A DNA stretch of 64,000 bases from a bacterium. GTDB lineage: Bacteria; Patescibacteriota; Minisyncoccia; Portnoybacterales; GWB1-42-6. Of this stretch, positions 54,673 through 64,000 are shown one piece after another; position 1 is the first letter of the stretch; each line of letters starts with the position of its first letter. The notes beneath the pieces were generated by a model. It made no database searches. It was given only the letters and a program-made list of their open reading frames with translations, and was not told the DNA's origin. Made by a program: the position numbers and the translations under genes. Location: assembly GCA_043800535.1 (NCBI GenBank), contig JAZDMV010000023.1:27264-91263 (forward strand). The letters are read 5' to 3'.

Positions 54673-57391
54673 GGCACTTCTTATATTTCTTTCCACTTCC
54701 GCACCAGCAAGGGTCGTTGCGGCCCAGCTTAGCTGGGCTTGAGCCCCGCTGAGCGGGGCGGCCAATGTTTTTGTTACCTGAGGCAGAAGCAGATGGGTCG
54801 GTGCCACGATTTTCGCGCGCTTGCGCCAAAGGCAATTCTTGTCGCGGAGCGTCTTTTGCCAGCACGACTTTATAGATTGATTTTACAATATTTGACTCAA
54901 TCGCCGCCAGCAGATCCCGAAATAATCTGTGGCCTTCGTTTTTGTATTCAACCAGCGGGTCTTTCTGGCCATAAGCTCTTAATCTGACGCTGTCGCGCAG
55001 ATGCTCCATATTATCCAAGTGATCCATCCAGAAAATATCGATCGTCCGCAGGGTTAAAAACTTTTCAATTTCGCGCATGCTTTGCGGCCCGACTTCTTTT
55101 TCTTTCAGTTCATAGGCATTTCTGGCGGCTTCCAGCAAATAATTTATTATCTCATCCCGCTCTTTTAATTCCCGAATTTTTTGCTGGGCGTTAATTGGCA
55201 AAGGAAATATGGAATTTGCCGCTTCATAAATTTCTTTCAGATTCCATTCGCTCGCGTCTCCGGCCGTATTAAATTCCACCAGCCCCCGAACTTCTTTTCC
55301 TATCCATTCGCTGACCTGTTCGCGCAGATCAGCCCGTTTGTCATCGCGAGGAGCCGAGTCATCGAGGTGACGCGGCGATCCCGTGTTATGATTTTCTGCG
55401 GGATTGCTTCGCTCGCCCCCTCCAAGCGGGGTCTCGCTCTCAATGACACGACTTTTGCTTTCCAATATTTCTTTTCTCCATCTATAGATCCTCTCTCTCT
55501 GCTTATTCATCACGTCATCGTAATCAAGGACGTGTTTCCTGACATCAAAATTATATCCCTCGATCTTGGCCTGCGCGCCTTCAATCGCTTTTGATATCAT
55601 TCCGTTTTCTATTGCTTCGTCTTCCGGCATTTTCAAAACTTCCATCATCCGCTTAATTCTGTCCGAGCCAAAAATACGCATTAGATCGTCCTCCAACGAA
55701 ACAAAAAATTGTGAAGAACCCGGGTCGCCTTGACGTCCCGCTCTGCCGCGCAACTGGTTATCAATTCTCCGCGCCTCATGGCGCTCCGTGCCCAAAATAT
55801 GTAGGCCACCTGCCTCCACAACGCCTTCGCCAAGTTTAATATCAACGCCGCGGCCCGCCATATTGGTTGCCACTGTCACCGCGCCTTTTTGCCCTGCCTG
55901 CGCGATGATCTGCGCTTCCTGTTCGTGGTTTTTAGCATTCAAAAGCTGATGCGGAATGCCTTCTTTTTTAAGATAAGCGGATAAAAGTTCGTTTTTTTCT
56001 ATGGAAACAGTGCCCACAAGCACTGGCTGGCCAATTTTGTGTTTCTCTTTTATTTCCCGAACCACGGCGATAAATTTGCCGTTTTCCGTGCGATAGATCC
56101 TGTCACGCAGATCCTGACGCACCATGGGCTTGTTTGTCGGCGCAACCACCACCTCAAGCTTATAAACTTTGAAGAATTCCTCCGCGTTTGTTGCCGCGGT
56201 TCCCGTCATGCCGGCCAATTTATCATACATACGAAAATAATTCTGGAACGTAATTGTGGCCAATGTGCGCGACTCCTGCTGAACTTTAACGCCTTCTTTT
56301 GCCTCGATCGCCTGATGAAGGCCTTCTGAATACCGGCGGCCAAACATCAAACGGCCCGTAAAATCGTCCACAATGATAGCTTCACCATCTTTCACCACAT
56401 AATCCTTATCAAGTTTGAAAAGCACTTCCGCCCGCAATGCCTGTTCTAAATGATGAACATATCTTATGCCGCCTTCATTATAAATATCCATGCCCAGAAT
56501 TTTTTCAACTTTCGCAATGCCTTCCTCGCTTAAGCTAACCGTCCGCATTTTTTCATCAATTGTGTAATCTTCTTCTGCTTTTAATTTGGGCACGATCCTG
56601 GAAAAAGTTTCATATAGTTTTCCGGAATCAGCATCCGGCGCTGAAATAATAAGCGGCGTCCGCGCCTCGTCGATCAAAATTGAATCCACCTCGTCCACTA
56701 TCGCGTAGTGATGGCCTCGCTGAGCCATTTGCGACAGATCCTGCACCATGTTGTCCCGCAGATAATCAAATCCAAATTCGTTATTTGTGCCGTAAGTAAT
56801 ATCTGCCTGATAAGCAAGCGGGCGCGGCACTTCTTTTAAATTTTGCATTTCAACTGTGACTTCGTTTCTGTCCGGGCCGGAATGCGGTTCAAAAAGATAT
56901 GCTTTATCATGCACGACACAGCCGACCGAAACACCGAGTGCCTGATAAATCGGCCCCATCCAGTTGGTGTCACGTTTGGAAAGATAGTCGTTGACAGTGA
57001 CAACGTGCACGCCTTTGCCTTCCAGAGAGTTTAAATAAATTGCCAGGGTTGAGGCCAAAGTTTTGCCTTCGCCTGTTTTCATTTCCGCGATACGCCCCTG
57101 ATGTAAGACAGTCCCACCAAGAAGCTGCACATCAAAATGCCGCTGACCAAGCGTTCGTTTTGAAGCCTCGCGCACCGCGGCAAATGCCTCGGGCAGAAGC
57201 TCGTCCAGCGCCTCACCTCCGCCAACTGGCGGATTCAGGCGCTTACGAAATTCTTCAGTTTTTCCCTTAAGCTGCGGATCAGAAAGCGCCTCAAATTCTT
57301 TTTCCAACCCGTTGATCTTTTCAACCAACGGCATAAGTCTTGAGGCCTGCCGCTCATCCGCACTGCCGAAAATTTTAGATAGAATAGACAT
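54662..57391 (-). CDS. secA: Preprotein translocase ATPase SecA. It carries an in-frame 36-codon palindromic-element insertion and a C-terminal zinc finger.
   Basis: 909 aa. DEAD-like motor, and the C-terminal [15 protein letters not shown]. The segment [38 protein letters not shown] is encoded by 55340..55447. Confidence 0.9.
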   Translation of the reverse strand: MSILSKIFGSADERQASRLMPLVEKINGLEKEFEALSDPQLKGKTEEFRKRLNPPVGGGEALDELLPEAFAAVREASKRTLGQRHFDVQLLGGTVLHQGRIAEMKTGEGKTLASTLAIYLNSLEGKGVHVVTVNDYLSKRDTNWMGPIYQALGVSVGCVVHDKAYLFEPHSGPDRNEVTVEMQNLKEVPRPLAYQADITYGTNNEFGFDYLRDNMVQDLSQMAQRGHHYAIVDEVDSILIDEARTPLIISAPDADSGKLYETFSRIVPKLKAEEDYTIDEKMRTVSLSEEGIAKVEKILGMDIYNEGGIRYVHHLEQALRAEVLFKLDKDYVVKDGEAIIVDDFTGRLMFGRRYSEGLHQAIEAKEGVKVQQESRTLATITFQNYFRMYDKLAGMTGTAATNAEEFFKVYKLEVVVAPTNKPMVRQDLRDRIYRTENGKFIAVVREIKEKHKIGQPVLVGTVSIEKNELLSAYLKKEGIPHQLLNAKNHEQEAQIIAQAGQKGAVTVATNMAGRGVDIKLGEGVVEAGGLHILGTERHEARRIDNQLRGRAGRQGDPGSSQFFVSLEDDLMRIFGSDRIKRMMEVLKMPEDEAIENGMISKAIEGAQAKIEGYNFDVRKHVLDYDDVMNKQRERIYRWRKEILESKSRVIESETPLGGGERSNPAENHNTGSPRHLDDSAPRDDKRADLREQVSEWIGKEVRGLVEFNTAGDASEWNLKEIYEAANSIFPLPINAQQKIRELKERDEIINYLLEAARNAYELKEKEVGPQSMREIEKFLTLRTIDIFWMDHLDNMEHLRDSVRLRAYGQKDPLVEYKNEGHRLFRDLLAAIESNIVKSIYKVVLAKDAPRQELPLAQARENRGTDPSASASGNKNIGRPAQRGSSPAKLGRNDPCWCGSGKKYKKCHGK

Positions 57392-57569
57392 TGATCAAAA
57401 TTCAGAATTAAGAATTTAGAATAAACTATACTCTTAAATCTTCTTTATCATTCTACTCTCATTTGACAAAAAATCAATCCTTCGACATAGCTTGAAATTA
57501 TGCAAAAATAAAAGGCAGAAAGGCCTTTTTCTATAACAGGCCTCCCTGCCTTATCTCTATAAAAAATCC

Positions 57570-57779
57570 TTACAGCTGCATAGCCTTTGCCACGCGTGGT
57601 ATTATTACTCCCTGAAGATAGTTCCTCCTAAATATCAATTTCTCCTTCTTCCCCTCGGGCAGCGCCTTACGTTTCAATTTTGCCTCAATGGCAGTTACTT
57701 CTCGCTGGTGCCCTTCAAATCTTTGCCACGTCTTTCTTACTATGTTTTCTTCATCTACCATCATTTCACCCCCTAATTT
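57570..57779 (-). CDS. Possible small protein of about 70 aa, of uncertain validity.
   Basis: ORF MMVDEENIVRKTWQRFEGHQREVTAIEAKLKRK... lying between secA and the agmatinase terminator. No recognised domain. Confidence 0.2.
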   Translation of the reverse strand, partial: KLGGEMMVDEENIVRKTWQRFEGHQREVTAIEAKLKRKALPEGKKEKLIFRRNYLQGVIIPRVAKAMQL

Positions 57780-57911
57780 AATTTCCTCTACCAGTCTACC
57801 AGGTCTAGAAAAACTCATTATTCCGCAACCGAAATCATTAACCAAAACACCACCTCCTTCCTCTATTAAAATACACACTCAAACTATATGTGCTGTAAGT
57901 AAAAGAACCAA

Positions 57912-57933
57912 AAATCTGGCCTAAGCCAGATTT
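57912..57933 (-). terminator. Intrinsic terminator after the agmatinase gene.
   Basis: AAATCTGGC-cta-GCCAGATTT, followed on the minus strand by TTTTGGTTCTTTT. Confidence 0.6.
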
Positions 57934-58002
57934 ATTATTACTCGCCTGTTCAATTTTGTCAACAACATTATCAACAACCGCAAAAAGCACAGACGATTAT
58001 CT

Positions 58003-58932
58003 TTAGCTCTGCTTGGCCGCTTCTGCCAGAATGGCCCGCCCGAACTCTGCCACTTTTGAAACAAACACGTATCCGATGATCTTATAAACCAGCTTTGCCG
58101 CTACAAAATCAGGCGCGGCCAGGCCTTCTATCGGCGCCAGCTCCACTACGTCCGCACCAATGATATTTTTCTTGCTTGCCACGGCTTTCAGGATCTCCAT
58201 CGCCTGAATCCACTGCAGTCCACCTGGCTCCGGCGTCCCGGTTGACGGCATTAGGCTTGAATCAAAAACATCAACATCAAAAGTCAGGTAAACATTCTTA
58301 CCAAGAGACCTGACGATCTCCGCGATTTTCCATTTTTTCATGTCTTTGGCCCAGAATGTTTTTATTCTTTTCTGATTTTGCTTCCAGAAACCGAATTCAT
58401 TTGTGTCGGTGCCTATATTTCTTATGCCGACCTGGGTTAAGATAACATTATTTAATTTCAGGCACTGCCGCATAACACAGGCATGGCTAAAAATACTTCC
58501 TTCATATTCGTCGCGCAGGTCCGCGTGCGCGTCAAACTGCAGAATGGAAATTTCTTTATATTTTTTCAGCGCCGCGCGCAGAGCACCCAAAGTCAAAGAA
58601 TGTTCGCCGCCCAAAACAAGCGGGAATTTATCCAGTTTATAAATTTCGTCAGCAATCTGTTCAACCTGCCCAATCGCGGCTTCTTGCGTTTTTTCTATCA
58701 CCGGCTCAGCTAAGGTTGATATCTTAACTTTTTTATAGACATCCGCTTCCAGCTCCTCATCAAACGCTTCAAGGTTCGGGCTCACCTCAATAATTCTTTG
58801 CGGCCCTTTGGCCGTCCCTCTGCCAAAAGTCACGGTTTTTTCCAGCCCGAAAGGCACAATGACAACATCGCTTTTTTCAACCGGAATACTTTCTATATCT
58901 AAAAAGTTTCTTTTTGCCAACCTTAATTCCAT
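58003..58932 (-). CDS. speB: Agmatinase/arginase-family ureohydrolase.
   Basis: DAHADL...FDVDVFD...STGTPEPGG are the manganese-binding motifs. The start was chosen at ATGGAATTAAGG (MELRL), which is preceded by GGAGAA. Confidence 0.75.
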   Translation of the reverse strand: MELRLAKRNFLDIESIPVEKSDVVIVPFGLEKTVTFGRGTAKGPQRIIEVSPNLEAFDEELEADVYKKVKISTLAEPVIEKTQEAAIGQVEQIADEIYKLDKFPLVLGGEHSLTLGALRAALKKYKEISILQFDAHADLRDEYEGSIFSHACVMRQCLKLNNVILTQVGIRNIGTDTNEFGFWKQNQKRIKTFWAKDMKKWKIAEIVRSLGKNVYLTFDVDVFDSSLMPSTGTPEPGGLQWIQAMEILKAVASKKNIIGADVVELAPIEGLAAPDFVAAKLVYKIIGYVFVSKVAEFGRAILAEAAKQS

Positions 58933-58987
58933 GATTCTCCAAACGCACATAAACTTCCGTGCTCCCGAGCACGGAAGTTTATGTCTA

Positions 58988-60079
58988 TTAGTTTTTATAT
59001 TTAACACGGACAGGAAAAGTACTCCAGTCAAAAACCGGCTTCTTTCTCCTTTTAGCGTCCGTTAATGATTTTTCAAACAATGTCTGGGCCACAAACGGCA
59101 AAGCAAGAGTGATGTCAGCAAAACACTGCACTTTCTTTGCGCCTTGGCGAACCTTGCCCCACGATTGCGCCTCCTCAAACGTGCAGCCCGAAAGCCCGCC
59201 CCAGTGCGGCGCATCCGTTGTTATTTGAATGGCGTAGGAGTGCGGCTTGCGGAAACCTTCTTTTTCAGGGAACGGGGTATCACTTTTTATATATGAAGGG
59301 TCGGCCAAATCACCAGTCACCTCAGCTGTCTGCTGAATATAATTTTTAGGCACGCCGCCGCCAAGATACACAACTCCGGTTTTTTCAGAATTACGAGTCA
59401 AATAAGCGGACTCGGACAAATCCTTGATCGTATCAACAATAAATTTTTTATTATTTTTCATCGCGCTGTACCAGACAGCGATCCCAATGTAGCTGTCGCC
59501 AAAAGAAGGAATAAAAACCGGCACGCCTTGCTTGTAAGCGTTTATTAAAATAGAATCGGGGTCTTTGGAAATTTTTGACAATTCCCTGCCCATAAGTTCC
59601 GTGATTTCACGCGAAGAATAAACCTGTCCGTCTTTTAAATACTGCGATGCCATGCGTTTTATGAAAAATTCTCCGGTCAGAAGATCCATTTCTTCTGCCA
59701 GGATGTCATATATCCTGACAATGCCTTCTTTGAATAACCGCATATCGTCCATCACCGGCTCGCCGATAAAATGTTCCCTGCCCAACGTCTCAAAGGTTTC
59801 ATGAAACATCTGGGCGCCGGTTGAGACAATCGCATCAACAAATCTGTTCTTGACCAGAAACGCGATAATTTTGCGCATTCCGGCAGGAATAATCGCGCCG
59901 GAAATTCCAAGCCAAATAGTGATCTTTTTTTCCTTCATCATTTCCCGCCAAATTTTTGTTATCTCGCCAAGCTTTCTTCCCTGAAATCCAGCCGACGCCA
60001 AATTCTCCACCAGATCCGAGGTTAATTGTTCTTTTATTTCAACAGGTTTTGTTTTGTGTTGTAGAAAATCTTTTTTCAA
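58988..60079 (-). CDS. Deoxyhypusine synthase homolog (DHS-like, NAD-dependent aminobutyl transferase).
   Basis: VYLGGGVPKNY matches the eukaryotic and archaeal DHS ILGGGVVKHH region (catalytic Lys conserved). EAQSWGKVR matches EAVSWGKIR. Confidence 0.75.
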   Translation of the reverse strand: MKKDFLQHKTKPVEIKEQLTSDLVENLASAGFQGRKLGEITKIWREMMKEKKITIWLGISGAIIPAGMRKIIAFLVKNRFVDAIVSTGAQMFHETFETLGREHFIGEPVMDDMRLFKEGIVRIYDILAEEMDLLTGEFFIKRMASQYLKDGQVYSSREITELMGRELSKISKDPDSILINAYKQGVPVFIPSFGDSYIGIAVWYSAMKNNKKFIVDTIKDLSESAYLTRNSEKTGVVYLGGGVPKNYIQQTAEVTGDLADPSYIKSDTPFPEKEGFRKPHSYAIQITTDAPHWGGLSGCTFEEAQSWGKVRQGAKKVQCFADITLALPFVAQTLFEKSLTDAKRRKKPVFDWSTFPVRVKYKN

Positions 60080-60085
60080 AGTTGT

Positions 60086-60168
60086 CTACGGATTACGAAT
60101 TTATTACGGATATACGGATTTACATTATGCATTTTATCTGTATATCTGTACTCATCCGTATTCTGTAG
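60086..60168. repeat. AT-rich palindromic intergenic element, family CTACGGATTAC...GTATTCTGTAG (copy 1).
   Basis: It shares its 5' 11 nt and 3' ~40 nt (TTTTATCTGTATATCTGTA..CATCYGTATTCTGTAG) with 62144..62223. Confidence 0.6.
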
Positions 60169-60175
60169 TTAAATT

Positions 60176-61549
60176 TTACCACCCAAACAGCCGTCCCACA
60201 TCTTCAGATGTTTCGCGGCGTCTGGCTATGGTCAGAACTCCGTTTTGCGCTATTATTTTAGCCGGCGAAGAAAGAAGACAGTGGTGCGAAGCGAGAGGAT
60301 CCTGATAGGCACCTGAATCAAAAAGCGTAATATTAAAATATCCGTTGCCGTTCATATCTTCCAGGCGCGGCAATAAAATATAAGCGCCGCCGGCCGTATA
60401 TCGATCGTCAGAGTCACAGGAAGAACCGGCCAGCCAGACTTTTGTCATTTTTTCCGCATCAAGATTAGTCACCGGAACAATGTGCCATTTTTGGTGAACC
60501 GTCCAGGTATCGATCAGATCATTCATGAAACTGCCGTCAATAATGTACCACTTTGAGGCCGCGGCGTTTTGGATCGGCTTTTCGCACAAAACCTTAAAAA
60601 TGGTTATTTGCGTTGGTCCCATAATATACCTGCCCCACTCGGCGATAATATGAGGGTGCGCGATCTCGCGCTCATCGCAAACTTTTTTTATTACTGAGAT
60701 TATCCTTTTTACGATCGTGCTGGGATTATAAAGTTTTTTCTTTTCATAGGGGATTGCCATCCCGCCGCCAATGTCCAAAGTATCCAATGTGGGATTATAT
60801 TTTTTTATCCTGGCATATATCTCAATCGCTTTTCCCACGGCTTCGATTATGCCTTTTTGGTCAGTTGTCTGCGAGCCGACATGATAATGCAAAACTTTCA
60901 AATTCCTGATCCGTCCAAGCTCATAAATTTCTTCCGGCGCCAAGCCGTAACGGTCATTCTTTTTATTCCAGTGGGATTTCGCTTTAATTTCCATTTTCGT
61001 CCTGATACCCACCTCGCCGCGGTAATTTTTCAACGATTCGTATTCATTTTGATCCTCTATGATCGGAATGATGGAAAGCCCTTTTTCTTTCAGCTCCTGG
61101 ATCAGTCCAAGATATTTTTCTGTTTTTGGACCGTTGCAGATGACTCTTATTCTTGAATTAAACTGATCTTGCTCCCAAAGTTTACGCACCAGCCAAAGTT
61201 CATTATATGAGCTTGTTTCCAGGTTGGCGCCTTCGGAGATCAGCGGCAAAACAAATTCTTTGTTCTGATTCACTTTCATCGGATAATGATAGAAGAATCT
61301 CCCTTTATAATCCTGACCCTTGATGTGGAAATTAAAGGTTTGCATCAGGTCTAGATACCGTTTTTCGATCATGAACGGGAATGCGATCTCAAGAGGCGTA
61401 CCGAATTTTGCCACAATGTCGGCGATATTATACTGATAGTTCCCTTCTCTCACAACAAGTTCGTTGTCTTTCGAAATACCAAAAAACTGGGTATTGAATT
61501 CCTCTTTACCCAATTTCCAAAATTTTTCAAACTTTTTTTGTTTTTTCAT
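60176..61549 (-). CDS. speA: PLP-dependent fold-III decarboxylase, SpeA-like arginine decarboxylase.
   Basis: HYPMKVNQNKEFV resembles the SpeA YPIKVNQ motif, and the TIM-barrel-plus-beta-sandwich length is appropriate. A carboxy(nor)spermidine decarboxylase is not excluded. Confidence 0.6.
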   Translation of the reverse strand: MKKQKKFEKFWKLGKEEFNTQFFGISKDNELVVREGNYQYNIADIVAKFGTPLEIAFPFMIEKRYLDLMQTFNFHIKGQDYKGRFFYHYPMKVNQNKEFVLPLISEGANLETSSYNELWLVRKLWEQDQFNSRIRVICNGPKTEKYLGLIQELKEKGLSIIPIIEDQNEYESLKNYRGEVGIRTKMEIKAKSHWNKKNDRYGLAPEEIYELGRIRNLKVLHYHVGSQTTDQKGIIEAVGKAIEIYARIKKYNPTLDTLDIGGGMAIPYEKKKLYNPSTIVKRIISVIKKVCDEREIAHPHIIAEWGRYIMGPTQITIFKVLCEKPIQNAAASKWYIIDGSFMNDLIDTWTVHQKWHIVPVTNLDAEKMTKVWLAGSSCDSDDRYTAGGAYILLPRLEDMNGNGYFNITLFDSGAYQDPLASHHCLLSSPAKIIAQNGVLTIARRRETSEDVGRLFGW

Positions 61550-61637
61550 TTTTTAGCCGAATACCTCCTGTACGAATTTACCGTTGTTCTCTGAATTTTC
61601 AATCCCGCAAACGGGATAAAAGCTTAGAGAAAGTCTT

Positions 61638-62027
61638 TTATTCATTCTTTCTAAATCTCGCCAGCGGCGAAATGCTGTATAATTTTTTAACACTTCGGGC
61701 TCCCCGTTTAAACATTGTTTCTTTCTTTGTCTTAAATTTTCGGATCTCGTCCTCGAGCTCTTCTTTGGCGTCATCCATCATGGAATAAGGGTTGCCGCCA
61801 ATCACTTCGCTTCGGAAAAATTTTCCGGGAATCCGTAAATTTACGTCTGCCTGAAAAATATTTCCTTGCCTCTGACCGCCGACTGCTTTAAAAAATTCAA
61901 TTGTCGCTTCAACCAAATTGGGGTCTACGTTTTCCAAAAACTTTTCTAATTTGCCGATCCTTTTTTCTGCGTAGGAATACAGATCGTCTGAAATTTTTAT
62001 TTCTTTACTTTTTATAATAACACGCAT
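61638..62027 (-). CDS. hpf: Ribosome hibernation promoting factor (short HPF/RaiA).
   Basis: MRVIIKSKEIKISDDLYSYAEKRIGKLEKF... S30AE fold. Confidence 0.8.
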   Translation of the reverse strand: MRVIIKSKEIKISDDLYSYAEKRIGKLEKFLENVDPNLVEATIEFFKAVGGQRQGNIFQADVNLRIPGKFFRSEVIGGNPYSMMDDAKEELEDEIRKFKTKKETMFKRGARSVKKLYSISPLARFRKNE

Positions 62028-62143
62028 AATTTTTTTTACAATAGATTTTTTTATTTTTAAATATTTATTCCCTATTTATTATATTACGCTTGATTTTAAA
62101 AAATGCAACACTTTTTGCAAAAAAATCGCTGTGGATAAAAAAA

Positions 62144-62223
62144 CTACGGATTACAGAATTGTACTTACATACAGAATAAATTTATTTTTATCTGTATATC
62201 TGTAATTCATCTGTATTCTGTAG
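62144..62223. repeat. AT-rich palindromic intergenic element, family CTACGGATTAC...GTATTCTGTAG (copy 2).
   Basis: See 60086..60168. It lies between the murB stop and the hpf start. Confidence 0.6.
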
Positions 62224-62228
62224 CTAAT

Positions 62229-63170
62229 CTAAAATCCGACGTATCGCGTTTCTTCTTCTAAATCAACATCAAATTTTTCTTTTACTTTTTCTTTGCAGAT
62301 TTCTGCCAGTTCCAGAACCTCTTTCGCTTTTGCGCCGCCTGTATTAACTATAAAATTTGCGTGCTCATCGGCAATTTTTGCCCCGCCAACCATCCTGCCC
62401 TTAAGGCCGGCCTGTTCGATAAAATAAGCGGCCGCAATTTTTCCGCCTTTTATTTTGTCTGACAGTTCCGGAAATTTTTTGATCAAAGGATCGCCATTTT
62501 TGACCAAATAGTTTTTAAAAAAGCTCCCTGACGAAGCAAGCGGCGGAATTTTGGCGCTCCGCGTCGTCAAGATTTCTTTCATCCTTTCTTTTGCCTTTCC
62601 TCTTTCATCAACCGCCAATTGCAGCTCAACTTCAAAAATTATTAAATTATCCATTTTTTCTTTAAAAGCACTGCCCCGATAACAAAAACAACAGGCATTT
62701 TTATCAAAATTCACGATCTGGCCGTCTACCATCATTGCTTTTGCACCCTTAACACTTTCTGAAATGCTATGACCATAGGCGCCTGCGTTTCCACAGACAG
62801 CTCCGCCGATAGTGCCGGGAATCCCGATCGCCCATTCCAAACCAGCTAAATCATTGTTGACTGACTCAACCACCAATCTTGCCAGCGGTACACCAGCGTC
62901 GGCTTCTATAATACCAAACTCTTGCCCTGAGCGAAGTCGAAAGGTTGAACTTTGAACTTTTATGACCAGACCGTCAAAACCATCATCGCTGACTAGCAAA
63001 TTACTGCCGCCGCCCATAACAAAATAAGGCACGCCTTTTTCTTTCGCCCATAAAAGCGCCTCCTTAATTTCGCCCGTTGTTTTTGCTTCGTAAAAATATC
63101 TGGCCGGCCCGCCGATGCGAAAAGTCGTGTAATCTGCCAACGAAATATTTTCTTTAATTTGGATTTCCAT
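62229..63170 (-). CDS. murB: UDP-N-acetylenolpyruvoylglucosamine reductase.
   Basis: FAD-binding sequence FRIGGPARYF...GGGSNLL, and a MurB C-terminal domain. Confidence 0.85.
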   Translation of the reverse strand: MEIQIKENISLADYTTFRIGGPARYFYEAKTTGEIKEALLWAKEKGVPYFVMGGGSNLLVSDDGFDGLVIKVQSSTFRLRSGQEFGIIEADAGVPLARLVVESVNNDLAGLEWAIGIPGTIGGAVCGNAGAYGHSISESVKGAKAMMVDGQIVNFDKNACCFCYRGSAFKEKMDNLIIFEVELQLAVDERGKAKERMKEILTTRSAKIPPLASSGSFFKNYLVKNGDPLIKKFPELSDKIKGGKIAAAYFIEQAGLKGRMVGGAKIADEHANFIVNTGGAKAKEVLELAEICKEKVKEKFDVDLEEETRYVGF

Positions 63171-63205
63171 TTTAATTCATCTTACAATAAAATTCGCCAA
63201 ATAAA

Positions 63206-63239
63206 AAGGCCTGGAGAGAAGTTTATCTCCGAGGCCTTT
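63206..63239 (-). terminator. Intrinsic terminator after the saccharopine-dehydrogenase-like gene.
   Basis: AGGCCTGGAGA-gaagtttatc-TCTCCGAGGCCT, followed on the minus strand by TTTTTATTTGG. Confidence 0.55.
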
Positions 63240-63245
63240 GAAAAA

Positions 63246-64000
63246 TCAAAAAACATTTTTGAGCGGTTCCGGGACATCTTCCAGCTCTTTGACTGTCCAT
63301 GGCAATCCCATTACCGCCAATTCCTGCAAAAAAACTTTTGAGCTAAACACTTCATCTTCCGTATTCCTGACTCCCGTCACGCCTTTTCCCCATCTGCCTT
63401 CAAGCAGTAATTTTGCGGCAGTGACTGTGGGAATAGCCGTCGTGTACCCTATCGCGTTACCGCCTGTTTCCAGAAAAGCTTCGCGATGATCACACACCTG
63501 ATATATAAACACGACTTTTTTCTTGCTGCCCTTTATGCCGGATATGACACAGCCGATGCAGGTTTTACCGGTGTAGGTCTGATTGAACTCGTCGCCCTTA
63601 GGCAGGAGCGCCTTTAGAAACTTGATCGGAACGATCTGGTGGCCATCAAACTCAACTGGCTCAATCCCAATCATTCCAATGTTTTTGAGGACCCGCAGAT
63701 ACCAGAGATAGGAGTCACCAAAGGTCATAAAGAAACGGATGCGTTTCAGGTGCGGCAGATGCTTGACCAAACTTTCCATCTCCTCGTGATAGATCATGCA
63801 TGTTTGTTGCCGTCCTGCTTCGGGATAAAAAAAATCAAATTTGACAGGGTTTTCATCGATCAAACGGCCCCGTTCCTTCCATTCTCCGTTCTCCCAAAAA
63901 CGGATCGGCAGGATCAGTTCCCGCAAATTTATTTCCGGGTCAAAGTTAGGAGCAAATTTGAATTTTGCGTCTTTGGTGCCGGCATTACAATCCAAGATGT
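63246..64000 (-). CDS. Saccharopine-dehydrogenase-family protein (bacterial homospermidine synthase or carboxynorspermidine dehydrogenase-like). Only the C-terminal part is visible, and the gene continues beyond the window end.
   Basis: The C-terminal domain resembles the SDH / CANSDH / homospermidine-synthase fold, and the context is a polyamine cluster. This is a weak by-eye assignment. Confidence 0.35.
   Translation of the reverse strand, partial: ILDCNAGTKDAKFKFAPNFDPEINLRELILPIRFWENGEWKERGRLIDENPVKFDFFYPEAGRQQTCMIYHEEMESLVKHLPHLKRIRFFMTFGDSYLWYLRVLKNIGMIGIEPVEFDGHQIVPIKFLKALLPKGDEFNQTYTGKTCIGCVISGIKGSKKKVVFIYQVCDHREAFLETGGNAIGYTTAIPTVTAAKLLLEGRWGKGVTGVRNTEDEVFSSKVFLQELAVMGLPWTVKELEDVPEPLKNVF

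Noticed and set aside
58933-59031. A 33-codon upstream extension of the agmatinase ORF, and similar extensions at 5422..5481, 54673..54807 and 22864..22908.
   Set aside because: Downstream in-frame ATGs give starts that abut the neighbouring genes or follow an SD (GGAGAA before the MELRL start at 58932). The extensions would overlap neighbouring genes.
1-64000. CRISPR arrays, transposases or integrases, and tRNA or rRNA genes.
   Set aside because: No periodic repeat-spacer pattern, no DDE/HUH/tyrosine-recombinase-like ORF, and no cloverleaf-compatible sequences with a T-loop GTTCRANTCC were seen in any intergenic gap. The palindromic repeats are non-autonomous.

Overview
This 64 kb window is a compact, gene-dense bacterial fragment of roughly mid-40s % GC, with about 90% of genes on the minus strand. 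The gene content and style look like a reduced-genome Patescibacteria/CPR-type organism: ribosomal proteins with Lys/Glu-rich extensions, a short AlaS, many GT4/GT39 glycosyltransferases, few Shine-Dalgarno sequences and several apparently leaderless starts. That taxonomic call is an inference, not demonstrated. The content is mostly housekeeping. It includes cell wall and division genes (ftsQ, ddl, murA, murB, mreBCD-pbp2 plus a second mreB paralog, and an FtsA/PilM-like ATPase), translation genes (serS, lysS, alaS, frr, efp, infA, rpmJ, rpsM-rpsK-rpsD-rpoA-rplQ, rplM-rpsI, hpf, mnmA), protein export (secA, secDF), greA, holB and rseP. There is also a polyamine cluster (speA-like decarboxylase, a deoxyhypusine-synthase homolog, agmatinase, and a saccharopine-dehydrogenase-like gene at the window edge) and a small cluster of nucleotide-handling domains (Nudix, ParB/Srx-like, ASCH, P-loop kinase, DinB-like). 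Three things stand out. First, there are two paralogous loci encoding a membrane-anchored FtsK/HerA/VirB4/VirD4-like (AAA_10-type) P-loop ATPase. In one locus the membrane domain is fused to the ATPase (1..2167, continuing past the window edge). In the other it is split into two genes (46139..47314 and 44254..46068) and sits in an operon with a sigma-70-region-4-like HTH protein and small unknown ORFs. Second, the region is full of palindromic repeat families. GC-rich elements with GTCATYGCGAG...CTCGCAATGAC-type termini are inserted in frame inside mnmA (four times) and secA, with shorter related elements in a GT4 gene and in holB, which resembles Rickettsia palindromic elements. Several AT-rich hairpin-forming repeat families sit between ribosomal-protein and other operons. 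Third, there is a ~1.4 kb GC-rich stretch (39029..40449) with no credible ORF, multiple strong hairpins and terminators, and two tiny SD-preceded ORFs. Two further ~130 nt closed-stem elements (29103..29232 and 51085..51210) may be small structured RNAs. No tRNA, rRNA, CRISPR array or transposase was found.
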